From positions 1-46,571 of the forward strand of contig JADHUQ010000001.1 of NCBI GenBank assembly GCA_016784425.1: a stretch of 46,571 nucleotides of DNA. The letters run 5' to 3'. The translations under genes and the position numbers were made by a program. Shown here in pieces: positions 1 through 6,349 of this stretch. A model generated the notes under the pieces. It saw only the letters and a program-made list of their open reading frames with translations. It did not search any database and was not told the DNA's origin. Source of the stretch: Candidatus Delongbacteria bacterium. Lineage in GTDB: Bacteria; CAIWAD01; BS150m-G50. Positions within the stretch are counted from its first letter, which is position 1, and every line of letters begins with the position of its first letter.

Positions 1-126
1 GTCATGAGCTACATTGAACAGCACAATAGCGATCCTAAACCTTTTGTTTGGCGTAAAACCGCTGAAGAGATCATCGAAAAGGTCGGGCGGGCGAGGCTCG
101 CCCTGGATAATGCCCCAACAGAATGA
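1..126 (+). mobile_element. 3' end of an IS630-family (Tc1/mariner-like) transposase gene, truncated by the window edge
   Basis: Frame +1 is open from base 1 and reads VMSYIEQHNSDPKPFVWRKTAEEIIEKVGRARLALDNAPTE, then TGA at 124-126. The HN..PKPF.W.K.A.EI..K tail resembles the conserved C-terminus of IS630-type DDE transposases. It is absent from the ORF track because it has no start codon in the window. Confidence 0.55.
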
Positions 127-674
127 ATCACACCACTAGAATCAAGAATCGATTGTCGGCAACAGCAGTAGCCTGCCGATTGATTGACCCTGATGATGGA
201 CGGGGAGAGACTGTCTGAGTTAACCGGTTTTCCCCGCATAGAGCTGCTGCCAATGGTGTACTCCCTGTGAGATGGGGAGGGTGTATCGGGAAAAGCCCGT
301 TCCGGCAATCGGTGTGGGCTTTTCATTTTATGGAATGATTAGAGTAGAGCACATAGAGAAACAGGAGTGAATCGACATTGATTTACCCTGTCAGCTCAAT
401 CCGCCCTAAAGCGGGGATGCAGGAAAGTAAGCCGTCGGTTATCACAGATCAGAACAAAAAGTGTGCGACCTCCTCCACCTGGCTGCCTTCATATCGACGA
501 GATATCATCATATCAATAGAACAGTGTAAAAACGATCTACCTGCCATGAGTTACCTCCATAAATCACGGTAATACAATACTATAGTGGAGTCAATAATTT
601 TGGCACGGCGCTTGCTTTATGCAAAGGTAGAACCGGCCACAATTGCTACAGAGCCGGAGCAAACGGAGGGAACC

Positions 675-938
675 ATGAAGACGAACAAAACAATGATTAC
701 AACTCTGATGATCACTTTCGGCCTGCTGGCTGGCACCGCTTCGGCGGCAAATCTGGGAGACAAGGTTTCCCTCCAACAGGATCGAAATGCACCGAAGATA
801 ATGCTGTCGGAGCGCAATCCGTTACATGTGATCCCTCGCGCGATGATGGCGCCGGAACAACCGTTCCGATCCCGGTGGCCTGAGGGAAATATGCATCGAC
901 TTGAGCATGATACCACCCCTTTTGAAAATTTGATGTAA
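675..938 (+). CDS. small secreted hypothetical protein (87 aa)
   Basis: ATG at 675 is preceded by GGAGGG at 665-670. The N-terminus MKTNKTMITTLMITFGLLAGTASA-AN looks like a Sec signal peptide with an A-x-A cleavage site. I recognise no family. I chose the internal Met rather than the track start at 585. Confidence 0.5.
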   Translation: MKTNKTMITTLMITFGLLAGTASAANLGDKVSLQQDRNAPKIMLSERNPLHVIPRAMMAPEQPFRSRWPEGNMHRLEHDTTPFENLM

Positions 939-1129
939 CTGCCAGAAGTGAGCAGGGGTAAGCGGCGCGAATGTCGGCTTATTGTTGAATTTTGCGCCCC
1001 GGTTGAAAAACCGCTGTACTTGCTTAATCGCAAATCAAGCGTTAACGCAAAAAGTGCGCAGAGCTGCTCCCGTTATCCCCTGCTGCTGCCAGCATGGTGT
1101 CGTATCTGTTAAAGGGTACGACAAGGATG

Positions 1130-1161
1130 ACCCGTCTTGAGTTCTCAGGACGGGTTTTTTA
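1130..1161 (+). terminator. rho-independent terminator
   Basis: ACCCGTCTTGA (1130-1140) pairs with TCAGGACGGGT (1145-1155): 11 bp including one G-U, with a 4-nt loop. A T6 run follows. Confidence 0.7.
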
Positions 1162-1487
1162 TTAGATTACCCTGGTTCCCATTGCAGGAATAGAATGACC
1201 CGGATCTCCTGGTCAACCTGCTGCGGAATCAAGAGACTATTGCTGTGGGAAATCTCCTCGGGTTATCTACGGTTCGATCTCTATTGAATACCGGACCAAA
1301 AAAAACATGGTTGCGTTTGGGTTATGACCCACCTTAACCTTTTGAATTGAGAAAGAGCTTTTATGTTGAGAATGAGAGCAGGATATTCAGGTGGAACTGT
1401 ACCGCCTGTTTTTCCTGTTATCTCTCAGGATGATTGCTTAAGTTCAAACTGGAAGAGGATAATCTTAATCTCGCCTCTGTTTTGAAA

Positions 1488-1520
1488 TAGTCTGCCGATC
1501 AGCATAGTTTGCCGATCAGC
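1488..1520. repeat. tandem 16/17-nt direct repeat TAGTYTGCCGATCAGC x2, candidate operator
   Basis: Copies lie at 1488-1503 and 1505-1520 and differ at one base. The second copy runs into the 10-bp palindrome ATCAGCTGAT. The pair sits about 45 nt upstream of the ATG at 1568. Confidence 0.6.
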
Positions 1521-1567
1521 TGATTCAGAGAAATTAGCACTTTCATATTCACTTACGGGAGGAAGAA

Positions 1568-2023
1568 ATGAAGCTCCGCTTTGCACTGATTCTGATTATG
1601 ACCCTGTCAGCAGTTATCGTAAATGCCGGTCTACCGGATAAAGCTGATGATGTCACTACTCACCTGGAGTTCATGGGGTACACTGTCGAGAATAACGATG
1701 ATGATTACCTCAAGGCGCGGCATGATTCTCATCTCAATATGATCCTCAAGAAATTCCGGGGCGGCATTCTGCTGAAAGCTTACATGACCGGTTCTTCCTA
1801 TGCGGTTACCCACTACGATGATTTCTGTGAGCTGGTCAATGAGTTGAACCTGAACGCCTCCGCCGCCCGCTATTATATCGATAGCGATATTGATCTGGTC
1901 GTTGAGGGTTACTATCCCGGAGTCTATGATAGAACATCTTTCGGGATTTACATGGAGGCTTTCAACCTGGCTGAAAAAGAGCTGGCGGATAAATATGACG
2001 ATCTGGACAGGTTCCTGGAATAG
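1568..2023 (+). CDS. exported YbjN-like (putative sensory-transduction-regulator / T3SS-chaperone-like fold) protein
   Basis: GGGAGGAAG lies upstream of the ATG and there is a signal peptide MKLRFALILIMTLSAVIVNA. The hydrophobic/acidic pattern (LEFMGYTVE..., GGILLKAY, LVNELNLNASAARYYID) resembles the YbjN family. The family call is by eye only. Confidence 0.6.
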   Translation: MKLRFALILIMTLSAVIVNAGLPDKADDVTTHLEFMGYTVENNDDDYLKARHDSHLNMILKKFRGGILLKAYMTGSSYAVTHYDDFCELVNELNLNASAARYYIDSDIDLVVEGYYPGVYDRTSFGIYMEAFNLAEKELADKYDDLDRFLE

Positions 2024-2077
2024 CATCACTGATCCCTGATGCCAGAACAGGATCAGTGGTTGGAATATTTGATTATC

Positions 2078-2112
2078 AGCCCCTCCCGTATTGTACGGGC
2101 AGGGGCTTTTTC
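2078..2112 (+). terminator. rho-independent terminator after the YbjN-like gene
   Basis: AGCCCCTCCCGTA-TTG-TACGGGCAGGGGCT forms a long hairpin followed by TTTTTC. Confidence 0.7.
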
Positions 2113-2149
2113 GCACCTGTGCCAATCACCAGGGGCAAGTACCGGGTAA

Positions 2150-2176
2150 CAAAAAGCCCCATCAATGACGGGGCTT
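2150..2176 (-). terminator. rho-independent terminator downstream of tRNA-Sec
   Basis: The minus strand reads AGCCCCGTCATTGATGGGGCTTTTTGT: a GCCCC/GGGGC stem followed by a T-run, 12 nt past the tRNA CCA end. Confidence 0.6.
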
Positions 2177-2187
2177 CAGGGGAGTTT

Positions 2188-2286
2188 TGGCGGGAACGTC
2201 TAAGAATCGAACTTAGCCAGGACAGTGTTAATGCCCCGCGGACGGCTTTGAAGGCCGCGGCGTCCACCAGGATCGCATCCGCTCCC
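2188..2286 (-). tRNA. selC: tRNA-Sec (anticodon UCA, decodes UGA)
   Basis: The minus strand reads GGGAGCGG-AU-GCGAUCC-UGGU-GGACGC-C-GCGGC-CUUCAAA-GCCGU-CCG-CGGGGCA-UUAACAC-UGUCCUG-G-CUAAG-UUCGAUU-CUUAG-ACGUUCCC-G-CCA. Its features are an 8-position acceptor (7 pairs plus a terminal G/A), a 6-bp D stem with a 4-nt loop, the anticodon loop CUUCAAA (the same loop as E. coli selC), a 7-bp variable arm, a 5-bp T stem with a UUCGAUU loop, discriminator G and an encoded CCA. Confidence 0.85.
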
Positions 2287-2332
2287 CTGTTTCTTCACAG
2301 TAAAATCCAATCCCGCTTTCCGGGACGCTCTT

Positions 2333-3739
2333 TTAAACAGATTCAGGACCCAGCCGCTCCTTCAGCTGCTCCAGCAGTCCACCGAAAGCACCATTAGACA
2401 GCACTGCAATTACTGCATTTTCCTCCAGCCGGGAAAGCAAAAAGTCTATCAACACATCGTTGTCGTCACTCTGCAGCGTTGCTGTTTCCCTTTGCTCCAG
2501 CTCAGAGGAAAGTCGGTCCAGGTCAAGTCGTTCCTCCGGCTTGTACAGTTCGCGACGGTGTAGTGCCCCGATGCCGACAACGTCAGCGAGAGCCAGCGCA
2601 GCGGTCAACTCATTCTGCAGGACATTACGAACGAGGGTGTTAGAGCGGGGCTCAAAACAGGCCAGCAACTGGTAACCGGGATAATGTTGGCGCAGCGTTT
2701 GTAGTGTCAGTCGGATAGCGGTAGGGTGGTGAGCAAAGTCATCCACCAGTACTGCCCTGCGTAACCGGGTGGTCTCCAGACGTCGGCGCGGTCCCTGGAA
2801 TTGCTCCAGCACGGTTTGAATCACACTGTCAGCAATACCGTGCCGGTGGGCAACCGCTGCCGCGACGATAAGGTTACACAGATTGTGATCTCCAATCAGT
2901 CGGGGTGAGCAGGTGACATGCCAGCCTCCAGGCCCGTCAATCCTGGCCCGACCGTTTTCCAGCCAACTGCCGTGAAAGTCGTTTTGCACCCCCAGACCGA
3001 AGGTAAGTACCGGGCAAAAGGCATGTTCTGACAGTTCAATCGCGGTCGGATCTTCGCCATGTACAAGCAGGCTGCCGTTTCCAGGTATCAGGTTGATAAA
3101 GCGACGGAAGGTTGTTTTTACAGCCTCAAAGTCCGGAAAAATATCGGCGTGATCAAATTCGATGGCGTTGATGATAGCGGTGGTGGGACGGTATTGGAGA
3201 AATTTGGAGCGCTTGTCAAAGAAAGCGGTATCGTACTCGTCCCCTTCGCAGATGAAAAAACGCCCTGCTCCCAGCTGCACGCTGGCTGGTAAATCCGGTA
3301 TCACTCCCCCGATCAACCAACCCGGCTCCAACCCGGCATTTAGAAAAAGTGCGGCCAGCAGGGAAGAGGTGGTAGTCTTACCGTGGGTGCCGGCGACGAC
3401 GATCGATTCCCGGTCCGCGATAAACTCTGATGCGATCACCTGTGGCAACGAAACCAACGGCAGGCGTCGGTTCAACGCCTCCTCCAGCTCCGCATTTCCC
3501 CGTGGGATCGCGTTGCCGACAACTACACATTTCTCGTTTCCAGTCAAATGGGCAGCGTCGAAACCGGTATGAAACGCGATGTTACTCTGCGCCAGGTAAT
3601 CTGACATCGGCGGATAGACTCCGGCGTCTGAACCAGCCACCCGGTTGCCCATCTGTTGGAGGGCTACTGCAGTGCCACCCATTGCGGTTCCACCAATACC
3701 TATGAAGTAATAATCCGCACCACGGCTGTTCTGTTGCAT
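2333..3739 (-). CDS. mpl: UDP-N-acetylmuramate:L-alanyl-gamma-D-glutamyl-meso-diaminopimelate ligase (murein peptide ligase)
   Basis: YFIGIGGTAMGG...GSDAGVYPPMSDYL is the Mpl-type N-terminus (the YPPMS signature distinguishes it from MurC). The GTHGKTTT P-loop and Mur ligase middle and C-terminal domains are present. I chose the ATG at 3739; the track's TTG at 3784 abuts its GGGAGGG with no spacer. Confidence 0.88.
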   Translation of the reverse strand: MQQNSRGADYYFIGIGGTAMGGTAVALQQMGNRVAGSDAGVYPPMSDYLAQSNIAFHTGFDAAHLTGNEKCVVVGNAIPRGNAELEEALNRRLPLVSLPQVIASEFIADRESIVVAGTHGKTTTSSLLAALFLNAGLEPGWLIGGVIPDLPASVQLGAGRFFICEGDEYDTAFFDKRSKFLQYRPTTAIINAIEFDHADIFPDFEAVKTTFRRFINLIPGNGSLLVHGEDPTAIELSEHAFCPVLTFGLGVQNDFHGSWLENGRARIDGPGGWHVTCSPRLIGDHNLCNLIVAAAVAHRHGIADSVIQTVLEQFQGPRRRLETTRLRRAVLVDDFAHHPTAIRLTLQTLRQHYPGYQLLACFEPRSNTLVRNVLQNELTAALALADVVGIGALHRRELYKPEERLDLDRLSSELEQRETATLQSDDNDVLIDFLLSRLEENAVIAVLSNGAFGGLLEQLKERLGPESV

Positions 3740-3862
3740 TGTGCTGCGCTTCCCGGCTAGATTGAAATCTGTTTGCTGCTCCAACCCTCCCGGTGATTAT
3801 AAGCCCCACCGGTCAGAAAAGCAGCTCTTCCCGACAAGTGCCCTCCCGAAAACAGGAATAAC

Positions 3863-3891
3863 TTGCTTAAAGGACTGCGGCGTGTTAGTAT
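3863..3891 (+). promoter_or_regulatory. candidate sigma70-type promoter for the response-regulator gene
   Basis: TTGCTT (3863-3868), a 17-nt spacer, then TAGTAT (3886-3891). Confidence 0.35.
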
Positions 3892-3916
3892 TGCCCAGGG
3901 TAACAAGAGGGTTTTT

Positions 3917-4282
3917 ATGAGCACTTCGAAGAAGATTCTTATTGTTGATGATGAGCAGAGCACCTGTGAAGTGCTGTCCGGCATGGTTGACGCTCTCGGG
4001 TACCAGTCACTGGTGGCTGAGAATGGTGTTAAAGCCCTGGAAATATTCAAGGCGGAAAACCCTGATCTGGTTATATCCGATATAAAAATGCCCGAAATGG
4101 ACGGGATGGAGCTGTTGCACGAACTCCGTGAAATCAGTAACCGCGTCAAGATTATAATCCTGACCGGGTATCCTTCCGCAGACACCATTGTCGAGACAAT
4201 TGAAAACGAGGGCTTTACCTACCTGGTTAAACCGGTCAAGCTCACTTCGTTGGAAGCTGTACTCCTGCGTGCGTTCCAATAG
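3917..4282 (+). CDS. stand-alone response regulator receiver (CheY-like) protein
   Basis: AAGAGG precedes the ATG at 3917. The REC fold motifs are present: KILIVDDE, the phospho-acceptor in LVISDIKMPEMDG, ILTGY and KP. There is no output domain. Confidence 0.9.
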   Translation: MSTSKKILIVDDEQSTCEVLSGMVDALGYQSLVAENGVKALEIFKAENPDLVISDIKMPEMDGMELLHELREISNRVKIIILTGYPSADTIVETIENEGFTYLVKPVKLTSLEAVLLRAFQ

Positions 4283-4327
4283 CCGGCACCTGCCGTTCAA
4301 GTTCCATTAATTCAACCACCACCTGAC

Positions 4328-5011
4328 GTGATTACATTGCTGGAGCAACCTCTCCATATCCGTATCAGTACTGTAGCGGAGGGAGACCTCCGCTGCTGGC
4401 CTGATGATTCGTCCATGATCCAGAGCCTCCACCCCCTTGATGGTATAACCCGCGAACCGTTGTATCTACAACAGGTTCATGGCGATGTGATACATTTCCG
4501 CCCCCGCGGTCAGGCTGGAGACGGACTGGTTACTGATCAGGCTGGCGACACCCTGCTGCTGTTTACAGCCGATTGCCCCATCCTGCTGTATCACTTTCCC
4601 GGGACCGCAATTCTGGCGGGTGTACACGCCGGCTGGCGTGGTGCGGCCAGGAATATAACGGGTAAGATGGTGACACATCTGCAACAGCGTTTCAATCGTC
4701 CCCCTCCACAACTTCAGGTCTGGCTGGCCAGCGGTATCGATCGTTGTCACTACGAGGTGGGTCGGGAACTGGTTCCGTTACTACAGCCCTTCGCCACACC
4801 TGAATCGCTGTTTGAACAGGTGGCAGACCGATTATTGCTTGATCTCAAACAGTTGGCCCGCAACCAGCTGCTGCTGGCGGGTGTGCCGGATGAACAGATA
4901 ACAGATATCTCCCTGGACTCCTACGCTACACCGGAACTGCACTCCTGCAGAGGTGATGGCCGCTTACACGGTATATCCGGCCTCTTCGCCCGGCTGACAG
5001 ACACCGCTTAG
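4328..5011 (+). CDS. pgeF: YfiH/PgeF family (DUF152) purine nucleoside phosphorylase / peptidoglycan editing factor
   Basis: The family motifs QVHGDVI, TADCPILL and HAGWRGAARNI are present. GTG start. Confidence 0.88.
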   Translation: MITLLEQPLHIRISTVAEGDLRCWPDDSSMIQSLHPLDGITREPLYLQQVHGDVIHFRPRGQAGDGLVTDQAGDTLLLFTADCPILLYHFPGTAILAGVHAGWRGAARNITGKMVTHLQQRFNRPPPQLQVWLASGIDRCHYEVGRELVPLLQPFATPESLFEQVADRLLLDLKQLARNQLLLAGVPDEQITDISLDSYATPELHSCRGDGRLHGISGLFARLTDTA

Positions 5012-5148
5012 CAAAGCTGCAAGAGACCAACCGGTTTCTACAGTTGCGAGAGCTTTGCACTCTCAGTTCAGACAGGGTTGATACTGACTAAATTCCATGA
5101 AAGCCCCTGTTTTCGCATCTGCTGACAGGTTTCCAAGTCATTCATGCC

Positions 5149-5177
5149 TTGACTTAGCGGGGTGGGATCGGTAATTT
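5149..5177 (+). promoter_or_regulatory. candidate sigma70-type promoter
   Basis: TTGACT (5149-5154), a 17-nt spacer, then TAATTT (5172-5177), 40 nt upstream of the ATG at 5217. Confidence 0.4.
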
Positions 5178-5216
5178 TCAATCTACATTTTCAGAAATCA
5201 GACTTCTGGAGGATAC

Positions 5217-6224
5217 ATGCGCCGCGTTCTTGCTTTTATAACTATTGCAGCTGTGACACAGGTGGCCATTGTACAGGCGGCCGCCCCGTTTTCCACTTTT
5301 AGAATCAAGTTTGATTACAGTCTCAATCAACCGGCACTGACCTCTATCAATAGCGACATCGCTGAGATAGATCAGTACTTCCATTCCGGTGTCTGGGCGG
5401 AAGATCTTCAAGGTAATCAGGGTGGTGACGATAACTTCGATTACCCGCTGATGCTTGATACCGGTATTTTTCAGAATCTTCCCGCCTTCGCGGTGCGGGT
5501 GGAAACCAACCTTGACCTGTTGTGGCACCTGGGTGTGGAATACAGAAAAGGCGGTGTGTCCAGTCACGGTTTATACGCCTACGCACCTGGTGGACAGAAC
5601 GACGGTTATGTCAAACGACGTGAGACATTTAATTATACAAGTACCCTGCTGTACGGGAAGTTTCAGATCAGGGATCGTAACCTTCCGCTGTTTGCGTATG
5701 TCGGTGCCGGCGCCGGATTCTCCACTCTGCAGGTCGAGGGGCTTTACCGGATGGGGAATAAATTCAATGCCGATTACATGCAGGAATGGCTGATATACGA
5801 GAATGATCACTCCGGTACCGCTTTTACCGGCCGTGGTTTCCTCGGTCTGGAGTATCAGGTGAACAGCTTCAGCCTGCTCTACCTGGAACTCGGTTACGAC
5901 TACCAGAATTTTGGTGAACTGGACGGTTCCACTTCCCTTGCTCTGAACGACCCCTACCTGCCTGCCAACTACGATCTGGATCCTGACAACGATTTCACGG
6001 AGTATTACAGCCTGGATGGATCACGCCCGGCAACCTATGACTATGTTTATGATTTTCTCTACTGGTATGTGGATGAAAACGAAAACGGTCGCTATGACTT
6101 CGGTGAAGCAGAAACCGACACTTTCACCGGGGCCTTCCCCTACGAAGGCACCTATAACAGTGATTACCTGGATTTTGATCTTTCCGGGTTCTACTTCAAC
6201 GTCGGTCTCGGAATCAGCTTTTAG
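5217..6224 (+). CDS. hypothetical outer-membrane beta-barrel protein
   Basis: GGAGGA RBS and a signal peptide ending VQA-AAP. The body has alternating aromatic/aliphatic beta-strand patterns, acidic Tyr/Asp-rich loops and a C-terminal ...FNVGLGISF ending in Phe, as in OMP beta-signals. Confidence 0.65.
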   Translation: MRRVLAFITIAAVTQVAIVQAAAPFSTFRIKFDYSLNQPALTSINSDIAEIDQYFHSGVWAEDLQGNQGGDDNFDYPLMLDTGIFQNLPAFAVRVETNLDLLWHLGVEYRKGGVSSHGLYAYAPGGQNDGYVKRRETFNYTSTLLYGKFQIRDRNLPLFAYVGAGAGFSTLQVEGLYRMGNKFNADYMQEWLIYENDHSGTAFTGRGFLGLEYQVNSFSLLYLELGYDYQNFGELDGSTSLALNDPYLPANYDLDPDNDFTEYYSLDGSRPATYDYVYDFLYWYVDENENGRYDFGEAETDTFTGAFPYEGTYNSDYLDFDLSGFYFNVGLGISF

Positions 6225-6246
6225 CGTGATACCGGTATTCCATCAA

Positions 6247-6286
6247 CCGCCTGTAGCCGTCGCCAGATGACTGCAGGCGGTTTTTT
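6247..6286 (+). terminator. rho-independent terminator
   Basis: CCGCCTGTAG (6247-6256) pairs with CTGCAGGCGG (6271-6280), followed by T6. Confidence 0.75.
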
Positions 6287-6349
6287 GTACGGGCGTGAAG
6301 CGTTATCGTATCAGAAATCTGAGCGTGATACAAACTACAGAGGATCGCT

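Noticed and set aside
9-326. 105-aa minus-strand ORF at the left edge
   Set aside because: It is antisense to the transposase tail and to structured non-coding DNA. Its composition is Ser/Pro/Arg-rich and low in complexity, and it has no RBS.
395-440. CRISPR-repeat-like segment (CTCAATCCGCCCTAAAGCGGGGATGCAGGAAAG with an internal CCGC/GCGG hairpin)
   Set aside because: There is only one copy in the window and no regularly spaced repeats, so it cannot be called a CRISPR array. At most it is an orphan hairpin near an IS.
617-1033. 138-aa minus-strand ORF
   Set aside because: It is antisense to the better-supported small secreted-protein gene, which has an SD and a signal peptide on the plus strand. 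It has no RBS and an Arg/Ser-rich composition.
1255-1300. tRNA-like GGTTCGATCTC T-loop motif
   Set aside because: The flanking bases do not form a T stem or an acceptor stem, so no cloverleaf can be drawn.
3740-3784. TTG start extending mpl by 15 codons
   Set aside because: GGGAGGG abuts the TTG with essentially no spacer. The downstream ATG gives an N-terminus of the usual length before the GIGG nucleotide-binding motif. The choice remains uncertain.
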